Assembly (NCBI GenBank): GCA_035764845.1
Contig: DASTYP010000243.1
Span: forward strand, 1 to 42,564
Source of the DNA: Candidatus Limnocylindria bacterium
GTDB taxonomy: Bacteria; Chloroflexota; Limnocylindria; QHBO01
Length of the DNA: 42,564 nucleotides
Direction: 5' to 3'
The position numbers and the translations under genes were made by a program. The notes under the pieces were generated by a model. That model was not told where the DNA came from. It ran no database searches and saw only the letters and a program-made list of their open reading frames with translations. Shown piece by piece: positions 24,796 through 33,871 of this stretch; the first letter of the stretch is position 1; each line of letters starts with the position of its first letter.

Positions 24796-26130
24796 ATGCG
24801 GATCCGCGAGCTGGCCGAGCGCGTCCGCCACAGTCTCTGGTTCATCCCGGCCCTCGCGGTCGTCATCGCCGTCGTCGTCGCGCTCGGCATGCTGGCGCTG
24901 TCGGACCGGCTTGACGCCAGTGGTGCACACCTGCCCCTGATCTTCGGTGCCGGGCCCGACGGCGCGCGTGCGATGCTGGGAGCGATCGGTGGGTCGGTCA
25001 TCACGGTCGCCGGCACCATCTTCTCGATCACGATCGTGGCGCTGCAGCTGACGAGCTCGCAGTTCTCACCCCGCGTCCTGCGCAACTTCCTGCGCGACCG
25101 ACCGAACCAGCTGGTGCTCGGGGTCTTCATCGGGACCTTCACGTACTGCCTGCTCGTGCTGCGGTCGATCCGCGCCGAGGCGACCGACCGCGCCGCCTTC
25201 GTGCCGAACGTGGCGGTCACCGGGGCCCTGTTGCTGGCCTTCCTCTCGATCGGGATGCTCATCTACTTCATCCACCACGTCAGCGTGCGGATCCAGGTGA
25301 CCTCGATTCTCGCCAGCGTGGCGAGCGACACCCTGCACACCATCGAGACCGTCGCTGACTGGCTCGAGGATCGGCCCGAGCGCGCGTGGCGCTCGGCCGG
25401 ATTGCTGGACCGCGTCCCGCCCGCCCCACCGACCGGCGCCATCCCGGCCGACCGGGCGCGGGTCCGGATCGCGGCGCATCACAGCGGCTACCTGCAGTTC
25501 CTGGACATCGGGCGGCTGGTTCGCGCCGCCGCCGAGGCCGAGGGCCGGCTCGAGGTCCTGGTGGCGCCGGGCGGCTGGGTGCAGCGCGACGCGCCGGTCG
25601 CCACCTTCGCGGGACCCGACGACGCCGACACCGAACGCCTGGGCGACGCCGTCAACGGCGCCCTCTCGCTGGCCGCCGAGCGCTCGACGCAGCAGGACGT
25701 GGCCTTCGGCATCCAGCAGATCGTCGACATCGGCGCGAAGGCGCTCTCGCCCGGCGTCAACGACCCGACCACCGCGATCAACGCGCTCGATCGTCTGCTC
25801 CAGATCCTGGTGGCCGCGGGTGTGGCACAGGACCCGCCCCAGGCGTTCGCGGACGCGGATGGCGTGACCCGCCTGGACGTGCCGATGCCCGGCCTTCACG
25901 AGCTGGTGGAGCTGGCGCTCGACCAGCTGCGCCACTACGGCGCCTCCACGCCGGCGGTCGCCCTGCACATGGCGCGGGTGCTCAGCCAGCTGCGTGACGC
26001 CGTCGGGGAGCGTGCCGCCCCGGCCATCAGGCGTCAGGCCGACCTCCTGGTCGAGGCCGCCGCCCGGATCCCGCTCGCGAGCGAGCGGGCGGCGATCATG
26101 GCCGCCGTCGCGCCCCTGCGATCCGCCTGA
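24796..26130 (+). CDS. DUF2254-like membrane protein
   Basis: ORF 24451..26130 trimmed to ATG 24796 (MRIRELAERVRHSLWFIPAL...). It has four N-terminal TM helices with TIVALQLTSSQFSPRVLRNF, followed by a soluble C-terminal domain. Confidence 0.7.
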   Translation: MRIRELAERVRHSLWFIPALAVVIAVVVALGMLALSDRLDASGAHLPLIFGAGPDGARAMLGAIGGSVITVAGTIFSITIVALQLTSSQFSPRVLRNFLRDRPNQLVLGVFIGTFTYCLLVLRSIRAEATDRAAFVPNVAVTGALLLAFLSIGMLIYFIHHVSVRIQVTSILASVASDTLHTIETVADWLEDRPERAWRSAGLLDRVPPAPPTGAIPADRARVRIAAHHSGYLQFLDIGRLVRAAAEAEGRLEVLVAPGGWVQRDAPVATFAGPDDADTERLGDAVNGALSLAAERSTQQDVAFGIQQIVDIGAKALSPGVNDPTTAINALDRLLQILVAAGVAQDPPQAFADADGVTRLDVPMPGLHELVELALDQLRHYGASTPAVALHMARVLSQLRDAVGERAAPAIRRQADLLVEAAARIPLASERAAIMAAVAPLRSA

Positions 26131-26176
26131 CGACCGTCGATCGCGGCTGATCGCGCCGCGCGGCACGCGGGGTGCG

Positions 26177-26182
26177 TACGAT
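26177..26182 (+). promoter_or_regulatory. -10 box TACGAT, 7 nt before ATG 26190 (leaderless CAX gene)
   Basis: The arrangement is TACGAT-gcccggc-ATG. This argues for the MFAKVAYG start rather than GTG 26172. Confidence 0.35.
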
Positions 26183-26189
26183 GCCCGGC

Positions 26190-27269
26190 ATGTTCGCCAA
26201 GGTCGCGTACGGGCTCGCCATCGGCGGCACGATCCTCACCCTCGCGCTCCGCGTCTTCGGGGCGGACGAGACGCTGACCTTCGGCGTCAGCGCCATCACC
26301 ATCCTGGGGCTGGCCTACGTGCTCGGGCACGCCACCGAGCAGCTGGGGATGGCGACCGGCCCGCGCATCGGCGGCATCATGAACGCGACCGTCGGAAACA
26401 TCGGCGAGATCATCATCGCCGCCTTCCTGATCCTGGACGACAAGATCGAGATCGTCCACGCCTCGATCACCGGGTCGATCGTCGGGAACCTGCTGCTCGT
26501 GCTGGGCGCGTCGCTGCTGGTCGGCGGCCTGAAGAACGGGGTGCAGGAGTACGACGAGCAGCTGACCGGCATGAACGCCGCGTCGCTGATCCTGGCGACC
26601 ATCGGCCTCATCGTCCCGGCGACCTTCGCGTTCGTGATCGGCGGCGGCGAGGGGACCGCGCCCGGCGACGCCGAGTTCTTCCAGATCGAGGCCCTCACCG
26701 TCGGCGTGGCGGTCCTGCTGATCCTTACCTACGCCGCCCAGACCTGGTTCTTCCTGCGGGCGCCGGAAGCGCCGGCGGCGGCGCGGCACGAAGAGGAGGA
26801 GGTCCCCGAGTGGAGCTGGAAGGTCGCCCTCGGCGTGCTCGGTGCGTCCGCGGCGGCGCTGACGTTCGCCTCCGAGGTGCTGGTCCAGACCCTCGAGCCG
26901 GCCGTCGCGTCGCTGGGCATCAGCGAATTCTTCATCGGCATCATTCTGATCCCGCTGATCGGCAACCTGGCCGAGCACGTGGTCGGCGTGACGCTGGCCT
27001 ATAAGAACAAGATGGACTTCAGCCTGATCACCTCGATCGGGTCGGCGACGCAGATCGCGCTGTTCGCCGTCCCGGTGCTGATCTTCTTCGGGCTCATCGT
27101 CGGCCATCCCGTGACGCTGGTGTTCACCCCGCTCGAGGTGGTCGCGGTCGCGGTCGGCGTGTTCATCGCCGGCTTCATCGCGCTCGACGGGCGCTCGAAC
27201 TGGGTCGAGGGGCTGCAGCTGATCAGCGTGTACTCGATCCTGGCCATCGCCTTCTTCTTCCTCACGTAG
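26190..27269 (+). CDS. cax: Ca2+/H+ antiporter (CAX family)
   Basis: It has two alpha-repeat motifs, GNIGEIIIA and GNLAEHVVG, about 11 TM helices, and an acidic central loop. Confidence 0.85.
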   Translation: MFAKVAYGLAIGGTILTLALRVFGADETLTFGVSAITILGLAYVLGHATEQLGMATGPRIGGIMNATVGNIGEIIIAAFLILDDKIEIVHASITGSIVGNLLLVLGASLLVGGLKNGVQEYDEQLTGMNAASLILATIGLIVPATFAFVIGGGEGTAPGDAEFFQIEALTVGVAVLLILTYAAQTWFFLRAPEAPAAARHEEEEVPEWSWKVALGVLGASAAALTFASEVLVQTLEPAVASLGISEFFIGIILIPLIGNLAEHVVGVTLAYKNKMDFSLITSIGSATQIALFAVPVLIFFGLIVGHPVTLVFTPLEVVAVAVGVFIAGFIALDGRSNWVEGLQLISVYSILAIAFFFLT

Positions 27270-27306
27270 CTCGGCACCCGACGGGCCGCCTTCCCGATCC
27301 GCGGCC

Positions 27307-27312
27307 TAGAAT
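27307..27312 (+). promoter_or_regulatory. -10 box TAGAAT, 6 nt before GTG 27319 (leaderless rhodanese operon)
   Basis: The arrangement is TAGAAT-cgggcc-GTG. Confidence 0.45.
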
Positions 27313-27318
27313 CGGGCC

Positions 27319-28170
27319 GTGTTGACCCTTCCGGGACCCGTCGTCGACGTCGACTGGCTGGCCGCCCACCGCGCCGATCCGTCGTTGCGGGTGGCGGACG
27401 TCCGGTGGTCGCTGGCCGGTCCGGCGGGGCGCGAGCTCTATGCGCGCGGCCACGTTCCCGGCGCGGTGTTCCTGGATGCCGAGACCGAGCTGTCGTCCCC
27501 CGGCGAGGGCCCCGGCCGCCATCCGGTGCCCGCCGCCGACAGGCTGGCGCGCGTCCTCGGCCAGCGGGGCATCGGCGACGAGCACGTCGTGGTCGCCTAC
27601 GACGATGCCGGCGGCAGCATCGCGGCCCGCCTGTGGTGGCTCTTCCGGCACTACGGCCATGACGGGCAGGCCGCCGTCCTGGACGGGGGCATCGGTGCCT
27701 GGACCTCGACCGGCCTTCCGCTCGAGACCGATCCGCCGGCCTACCCGCCGGCGACCTGGACCGTCCGGCACGTCGCCGATGACCTGGTCGGAACCGATGA
27801 GGTGGTCGGGATGCTGGACGGCGAGACGCTGCTCCTCGACGCGCGGGCGCGGGAGCGATACCGCGGCGAGACCGAGCCGATCGATCCGCGCGCCGGGCAC
27901 ATCCCCGGCGCGGTCAGCGCGCCGCACGCGGACAACCTGGGCGCCGACGGACGCTTCCTGCCGGCCGATGCGCTGCGCCGGCGATTCCGCGCGCTGGGCG
28001 TGGCGGACGACCGACCGGTGGTCGCGTACTGTGGCTCGTCGCTGACCGCGACCCATGACCTGCTGGCGCTCGAGCTCGCGGGCCTGCCCGGCGGTCGCTT
28101 GTACGAGGGATCGTGGAGCCACTGGTCGTCCGATCCGAGTCGTCCCGCCGTGACGGGAGCAGCGCCATGA
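27319..28170 (+). CDS. Tandem-rhodanese sulfurtransferase (thiosulfate/3-mercaptopyruvate type)
   Basis: It has two rhodanese domains, an active-site loop YCGSSLTA, RYRGE, and SWSHW near the C-terminus. Confidence 0.85.
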   Translation: MLTLPGPVVDVDWLAAHRADPSLRVADVRWSLAGPAGRELYARGHVPGAVFLDAETELSSPGEGPGRHPVPAADRLARVLGQRGIGDEHVVVAYDDAGGSIAARLWWLFRHYGHDGQAAVLDGGIGAWTSTGLPLETDPPAYPPATWTVRHVADDLVGTDEVVGMLDGETLLLDARARERYRGETEPIDPRAGHIPGAVSAPHADNLGADGRFLPADALRRRFRALGVADDRPVVAYCGSSLTATHDLLALELAGLPGGRLYEGSWSHWSSDPSRPAVTGAAP

Positions 28171-29204
28171 CCGGTTCGCACGACGAGTGGGATGGCTGGG
28201 ACGAGGGGGCGGCCGAGGACCGCATCGGCCGCAAGCGCGACCGCCTCGCGCGGCTGCTGAGCGTCGCCTCCATCCTCTACTCGCGTGGCTCCGGCGAGAA
28301 CGGCGTCGCGGTCAGCGAGATCGCGAAGCTGACCGGGATGACCACGCGCACCGTGTACCGCGACATCAACGCGCTCGACGAGGAGCTGGGGGTCCCGGTC
28401 TTCCAGGCCGGGCGCGGCCGCTACGGCATCGATCGCAAGTTCTTCCTGCCGCCGCTGCGCCTGAGCGTCCCGGAGGCCATCGTCCTGTTCCTGGCGTCCC
28501 GCCTGATCGCGCGCTGGAGCGACCAGTACGACGCCTCGGTCGTCAGCGCGTTCACCAAGCTGGCCGACACCTTGCCGCAGCCGATCGCGCGGCACGTCGC
28601 CGCCAGCATGCTCACCATCGGCGCCGCCGACCCGAACGAGCCGTTCAGCCGCTCCTTCTCGGCCGTCGCGCGCGGCTGGGCCGAGGGCCGGGTCGTCGAG
28701 ATCGACTACGACCCGGGGACGGCGCCGGCCAAGCGCACGCGGGTGCACCCCTACTTCCTGGAACCGGATGCCGCGCTGCGCAGCGTCTACCTCATCGCGT
28801 ACGACGAGCCGGCCGGCGGGATGCGCACCTACAAGGTCGAGCGCATCCGCTCCGCCACCCTCACGCAGGACCGATACGAGATCCCCGAGGACTTCGACCC
28901 CGACGCCTGGCTCGCCAACTCGTGGGGCATCTGGTCCCCCGATTCGACGCCGCCGGTCCACGTCCGGCTTCGGTTCGAGTCCGAGGTAGCGCACCGCGTC
29001 CGCGAGGCGGTGTGGCATCGGTCGCAGGAGCTGACCGAGCTGCCGGAGGGTCGCGTGGAGCTGGCGGTGACGGTCAACGGCATCGTCGAGATCCGGCCGT
29101 GGATCCTGTCGTGGGGCGAGTCGGTGGAGGTGCTCGAGCCGCCGGAGCTGCGCGAGGCCATCGCCGCCTCCGTCCGTGGCGCGGCGGCGCGCTATGCCGA
29201 CTGA
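28167..29204 (+). CDS. HTH-WYL-WCX transcriptional regulator (PafBC/YafY-like)
   Basis: ORF 28113..29204 trimmed to ATG 28167, which forms an ATGA overlap with the rhodanese stop. The HTH is VSEIAKLTGMTTRTVYRDINAL. The WYL block is RVHPYFLE...VYLIAYDEPAGGMRTYKVERI. Confidence 0.85.
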   Translation: MTGSHDEWDGWDEGAAEDRIGRKRDRLARLLSVASILYSRGSGENGVAVSEIAKLTGMTTRTVYRDINALDEELGVPVFQAGRGRYGIDRKFFLPPLRLSVPEAIVLFLASRLIARWSDQYDASVVSAFTKLADTLPQPIARHVAASMLTIGAADPNEPFSRSFSAVARGWAEGRVVEIDYDPGTAPAKRTRVHPYFLEPDAALRSVYLIAYDEPAGGMRTYKVERIRSATLTQDRYEIPEDFDPDAWLANSWGIWSPDSTPPVHVRLRFESEVAHRVREAVWHRSQELTELPEGRVELAVTVNGIVEIRPWILSWGESVEVLEPPELREAIAASVRGAAARYAD

Positions 29205-29841
29205 GGTCGAGGCGCGCTTTGCGGCCGACGGCCCGCTGCCCCTCGAGGCGCTCACGCGCGCCGCGCGCCTTGGCCCGGCGGTGCTCGGGCGGCCACGCAC
29301 GGCCGACGAGACCGACCGCTACCTGGACACCGACGACGGAGCCCTGGCGACGGCCCGCTGGGCCTGCCGCCTGCGCACCCGCGACGGCCTGACCCGCATC
29401 TCACTCAAGGGCCCGCCGGAGGCTGGCGACCGAGATGACTGGCACCACCGCCGTCCCGAGCTGGAGGGGCCGGCGACCGAGGAGCTGGACCCCTCCGCCT
29501 GGCCTCCCAGCTCTGCGCGCGACCTGCTCGACCGGTTGCGTGGCGGCGCTCCGCTGCGCGAGCGGCTGCGCCTGGTCCAGCGCCGCACCGAGCGCTCGGT
29601 CACGCTCGACGGCATCCCGTTCGGCACCCTGACCTGCGATCAGGTGCGCGTCGAGCGGGAGGGCTCAGCCGCGGGCGACCTCCACGTCGTGGAGCTCGAG
29701 CTCCACGACGAAGGCGGGGCAGACGCCCGCGCCGCGCTGGAGACCCTGGCCGGCGCCCTTGACTTCATGCCCGGCCTCCGGCCTGAGCCGCGGACGAAGT
29801 TGGAGCGGGCGCTGGACCTCCTCGGCGAGTCGCGGCCGTGA
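29194..29841 (+). CDS. CYTH-domain (triphosphate tunnel metalloenzyme) protein
   Basis: It begins MPTEVEARF, an ExExK-type motif with Arg in the Lys position. Alternating charged beta strands follow (CRLRTR, ISLKG, VVELELH). It overlaps the WYL gene by 11 nt. Confidence 0.7.
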   Translation: MPTEVEARFAADGPLPLEALTRAARLGPAVLGRPRTADETDRYLDTDDGALATARWACRLRTRDGLTRISLKGPPEAGDRDDWHHRRPELEGPATEELDPSAWPPSSARDLLDRLRGGAPLRERLRLVQRRTERSVTLDGIPFGTLTCDQVRVEREGSAAGDLHVVELELHDEGGADARAALETLAGALDFMPGLRPEPRTKLERALDLLGESRP

Positions 29842-32078
29842 CGGCGGTCGCGTCCTGGGTCCGGCGCCGGACCGAGGCCGAATGGGTGGCGCTGGCCGCC
29901 GCGGCTGCGACCTTCGGCTACGTCGGGTGGGACGGCGCGCTGTGGGACGCGCGCTTCCAGCTGCTGCTCCACCTGCTGGCCATCGGCGCGATCGCGGCTC
30001 TCGGCGTGCTCGCCTGGAAGGGCGGCAGCCTGCCGCGCACCCGCATCGACGCGCCGCTGCTCGCGCTGGTCGCCGCGTTCGCGCTGGCGACGACGTCGGC
30101 GCTCAACGTCGGGATGAGCCTGCGCGCCATGGGGGCGATCGTGGCGACGGCCCTGATGCTCCCGGTGGCGCTCGTCGCGCTCCGACACCGGGCGAGCTGG
30201 GTCGGCCTGATCGTGGCCGTCCCGGTCGTCGTGCTCTCGGTCCCCGCCCTCGTCGTGCTGCTGGGCCGTCGCCTGGAGTGGGTGCTGGCCGGCGCGCCGG
30301 GCCTGCCACCCATCCGGCTGCCGGGCGAGGGCACGCCGTTCGGCTCGGTGGCCGTGCCGCCGTTCGTCATCTGGCCGGCGTGGGCGATCGCGGGCGCCAT
30401 CGAGGACGACCGCCTGCGGTGGTGGGTCCGCGCGGCCCTGGTGGCCGTCGGCGTCCCGCTCACCATCCTCTCGGGCTCGCGCTCGGCGTGGCTGGCGATC
30501 GGCGTCACCCTGCTGGTCGCCGGCCTCCCGTGGGCGTGGCAGCGCCGCCATCGGCTCGACCTCAAACGCGGCTGGACTCCGCGGCGGATCGCCGTCGCCG
30601 CCGGTGGCCTCGTCGTGGTCGCCGGACTCGCGGCGGTGCTCCTGCCCCGCGTAACGGCGGTCACCTCGCTGCTCTACCGCGCCAGCCTGTGGCGCGACAC
30701 GCTGCGCGCCTGGTCGACCGATCCGCTCTTCGGCATCGGCCCGGGCTTCATGCCGTACGCGCGGCAGGCCGCCGCGCCCGACTTCAGCTTCCCGGTCCGC
30801 CAGCCGCACTCCCACAACCTGCCGCTCGGCGTGCTGGGCGACGCGGGGCTGGTCGGCCTCGCGGCGGCGATCGTGGTCGTCGTGGCGCTGGCCCTGGTGG
30901 CCGGCCCGTGGCGCAGCAGGACGCCGGTCGGACGTGCCGCCTCGCTCACGCTGCTCGGCCTCGGCATCGGGGGCCTGTTCGAGGACCTCACCTTCCTGCC
31001 GAACTTCAACCTGCTGGCGGTCCTGCTGGTCGCCCTCGCCCTGACCGATGCCGGCGCCGTCGACTGGGTGCGGCTTCCGCGCCCGCCGCTGCGTCGGGTG
31101 GCGCTGGGGCTCGGGACTCTGGCGGTGGCGGCGCCGCTCGTCACGGCGATGGTGATCGCGGACGCGGGCGCGGTCGCCTATCGGGCGGGGGTGGACACGG
31201 CCGCATCCGCGCGCTGGACCGACGCGACACGCTGGTTCGGACGGGCCACCGAGCTCGACCCGTGGCATCCCGCCAACCCCAAGGCGCTGGCCGTCGCCGC
31301 GGACGGGGCCGGGGAGACGGCGCTCGCTCGGCGTGCCGCGGAGGACGCGACGGAGCGCAACCCCGGCGACGCGCCCTCGTGGGTGAACCTCGCCCTCCTC
31401 TGCCGCGAGCTGGCCGACGAGACGTGCCAGAGCCGCGCGACGGAGCAGGCCGTTGCGACCGCGGGCTTCCTGCGCCCCGAGCTGGTCAACGCGGCGTTCA
31501 GCTACGAGTCACTCGGGTTCACCGACGAGGCCGATGACGCCTACCGCCGCTCGCTGCTGAGCCAGCTGCTCACCGCCTTCGCGACCGACTGGCCCCGCCC
31601 GATCGGCATCGGTGACGCGACCATCGAAGACCAGGCCGGCGCGCAGTTCGAGCTGAACCGCCTCGTCGCGTGGTGGGCGATGGACGAACCGATCCGCCCC
31701 GAGCTCGTCACCGACCCCGCCACGCGCGCGCTGGCGCACGCCATGCGCGGGGAGCGTGACCAGGCCGAGGAGTGGCTGAGCGTGGCCATCGACGACCATC
31801 CTGACCAGATCCCCACCTGGGACGTGGCCCTCGTCCTGCGCCGGCACTGGGGCGAGCCGATCGACGACGTCCTGCGCATCGAGGAGGCCGTCCGCGGCCG
31901 GCCGCTCACGGAGCGCGACGCTCCGCCCCCGGACCCGAACGCGTCGCCCGGGCTGACCTTCGACATCGGCTCGTTCCGCGCCTACCCGCGGGACGGGTTG
32001 ATCGGGGGTGCCATCCGGCTCGTCACCCGGCCGCCGTACCCGTGGATCCTCGAGGTGCTGCTGCCGCCGTCGGGCTGA
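29838..32078 (+). CDS. O-antigen ligase/polymerase (Wzy_C)-family membrane protein with a C-terminal TPR domain
   Basis: It has at least 10 TM helices, SGSRSAWLAIG and PHSHNLPLGVLGDAGLVGL motifs, and C-terminal TPR-like repeats. The GTG start overlaps the CYTH stop as GTGA. Confidence 0.8.
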   Translation: MTAVASWVRRRTEAEWVALAAAAATFGYVGWDGALWDARFQLLLHLLAIGAIAALGVLAWKGGSLPRTRIDAPLLALVAAFALATTSALNVGMSLRAMGAIVATALMLPVALVALRHRASWVGLIVAVPVVVLSVPALVVLLGRRLEWVLAGAPGLPPIRLPGEGTPFGSVAVPPFVIWPAWAIAGAIEDDRLRWWVRAALVAVGVPLTILSGSRSAWLAIGVTLLVAGLPWAWQRRHRLDLKRGWTPRRIAVAAGGLVVVAGLAAVLLPRVTAVTSLLYRASLWRDTLRAWSTDPLFGIGPGFMPYARQAAAPDFSFPVRQPHSHNLPLGVLGDAGLVGLAAAIVVVVALALVAGPWRSRTPVGRAASLTLLGLGIGGLFEDLTFLPNFNLLAVLLVALALTDAGAVDWVRLPRPPLRRVALGLGTLAVAAPLVTAMVIADAGAVAYRAGVDTAASARWTDATRWFGRATELDPWHPANPKALAVAADGAGETALARRAAEDATERNPGDAPSWVNLALLCRELADETCQSRATEQAVATAGFLRPELVNAAFSYESLGFTDEADDAYRRSLLSQLLTAFATDWPRPIGIGDATIEDQAGAQFELNRLVAWWAMDEPIRPELVTDPATRALAHAMRGERDQAEEWLSVAIDDHPDQIPTWDVALVLRRHWGEPIDDVLRIEEAVRGRPLTERDAPPPDPNASPGLTFDIGSFRAYPRDGLIGGAIRLVTRPPYPWILEVLLPPSG

Positions 32079-32116
32079 CGCCGTGACTCGGCGCAGCGAC
32101 GCGTCGCTCGACGCCC

Positions 32117-32812
32117 TCAGCCCAGCTCCGGGAACGGCAGCCGCTGGATCAGCGACAGCCGCGGCCGCTGCGGGACCGCGGCCGGCGTGATCGGCAGTCG
32201 CTGCCACGCGTCGCCCGCCGGACCCGCGCGGTAACGGGCGTCCAGCCGGCGGGCCGAGATCGAGACGAGGCCGAAGCGTCCCAGCGCCTCGGCCAGGAGC
32301 GTCCCCTCGCCGCGCACCGCGTGCGAGACGACGCAGCGGTCGCCGTCGAGGAGCACCGCCTCGAGGTGCTGACGCCGCGCCGAGAACCGGCGGCGCTGCA
32401 ACGACCGCCCATCGGTCCAGAGCAGGTCCGTGGCGACGTAGGCCGGCCGGCCGGCGCGCCGGTCTCCGGTGAGGCGCCGGTGCAGCAGGCTCGTGTCCAG
32501 CCAGCCGCCGTCGTCCAGGGTCAGCAGCCAGCCGTCGAGCACCACGCCGTCCTCGATGAGCCGCTCCGGCAGCTCATCGCCCAGCTCGGCGAAGGCGTCG
32601 AGCGCATCGGCCAGGCCCTCCGCGCGGAGGCGCATCAGGGTTCGGTTCTCCACCCATGCCTGGGCGCGCACGCCGGGCCACCACGGCTCGAAGAGGTAGC
32701 CGGGGTCGTCGAAGGGCGAGGCGCCCTCGGTCGGCTGCATCGGATCGATCCGAGACGGCAGCGCCGAGCGCGGCTCGGGCGGGATCGGGAGGTCGAGCTG
32801 CTCTCCGGGCAC
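32117..32812 (-). CDS. LigD/ATP-dependent-ligase adenylation-domain homologue with all catalytic motifs substituted (predicted inactive)
   Basis: Motif I reads EPWWPGVR instead of ExKxDGxR. Motif III reads VLDGW instead of LDGE. DLLWTDGRSL matches motif IIIa. Motif IV reads SISARR and motif V reads WQRLP. There is no OB domain. It lies 14 nt downstream of Ku. Confidence 0.65.
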   Translation of the reverse strand: MPGEQLDLPIPPEPRSALPSRIDPMQPTEGASPFDDPGYLFEPWWPGVRAQAWVENRTLMRLRAEGLADALDAFAELGDELPERLIEDGVVLDGWLLTLDDGGWLDTSLLHRRLTGDRRAGRPAYVATDLLWTDGRSLQRRRFSARRQHLEAVLLDGDRCVVSHAVRGEGTLLAEALGRFGLVSISARRLDARYRAGPAGDAWQRLPITPAAVPQRPRLSLIQRLPFPELG

Positions 32813-32826
32813 GGCCCGTGGCGAGG

Positions 32827-33684
32827 TCAGGCCGTCTTGCGACGGCGCTGACGCGGTGCCTTGGCGGTCGCCTCCGCCGCGGGCTCCTCGACGGCGGCCC
32901 GGCGCTCGGAGCGCGCGGCCGCGACGGACGCCTCGAGCGCGGCCATGAGGTCGGTGATGTTCGTCGGCTCGGTCCGCTGGGCCGGCTCAGGCTTCTCGCC
33001 CGCGACCTTGCGCTCGATCACCGCCATGAGGGCCTGGCGGTAGTCGTCGTGGTACTCATCGGCGCTGAAGTCGCCCGTCATGCTCGCCACCAGCTGCTCG
33101 GCCATCTTCTTCTCGGCCGGCTTGATCTCGATCTGGTCCTCGGGGAGGTTGAGCTCGTCGATCGCCCGGACCTCATCGGGCCAGTGGAGCGTGGTCAGCA
33201 GCATGGTCGAGCTGAAGGGGTTGAGCGCGGCGAGCTGCTCGCGATCCTTCAGGACGATCTTGCAGATGGCGCTCTTGTTCTGCTCGGCCAGCACCGACTT
33301 GAGCAGGTAGAAGGCCTTCGCGCCGATCTGCTCGGGCTCGAGGTAGTAGGCCTGCTTCACGAACTGCGTCCCGGCGTTGTCCCGCGACGCGTCGACGAAC
33401 ATCTCGATCTCGATGGCCCGCATCGTCTTCAGGGGGACCGAGTCGATGTCCTCCTCGGTGACGACGACGTACTTGCCCTTGCTCCACTCGTAGCCGCGAA
33501 CGGTCTCTGAGCGCGGCACCACCTCGTCGTGGTACGGGCAGTAGACCTTCATCTGGATCCGGTTCAGGCAGCTGGCATGGAGCAGGTTGAAGCCGATGCC
33601 ACCCTGCTCGGTCGCCAGGTACAGCTTGACCGGGATCGTCACCAGCCCGAACTGGATCGCCCCCCGCCACATCGATCGCGCCAT
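32827..33684 (-). CDS. ku: Ku protein (non-homologous end joining)
   Basis: ORF 32827..33885 trimmed to ATG 33684 (MARSMWRGAIQFGLVTIPVKLY...). The N-terminus is the classic bacterial Ku type and the C-terminal tail is basic. An SD (GGAGAG) lies 9 nt upstream. Confidence 0.9.
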   Translation of the reverse strand: MARSMWRGAIQFGLVTIPVKLYLATEQGGIGFNLLHASCLNRIQMKVYCPYHDEVVPRSETVRGYEWSKGKYVVVTEEDIDSVPLKTMRAIEIEMFVDASRDNAGTQFVKQAYYLEPEQIGAKAFYLLKSVLAEQNKSAICKIVLKDREQLAALNPFSSTMLLTTLHWPDEVRAIDELNLPEDQIEIKPAEKKMAEQLVASMTGDFSADEYHDDYRQALMAVIERKVAGEKPEPAQRTEPTNITDLMAALEASVAAARSERRAAVEEPAAEATAKAPRQRRRKTA

Positions 33685-33871
33685 GAAGTCGGTCTCTCCG
33701 TGCGCCGCGTTCCGCGCCGGCCGTGCCCTGCCAGCGTTCCCGATCGCGGGCGGTGATGGTACACCGGCCTCGCAAGCGACCCGCACCTGCCATCCGTACT
33801 GCACGAGTACCAGCCACCCCGGCCCATACGAGCCATGGACCGATGCGCGCGCGCCCGCGACACTCGCAGCG

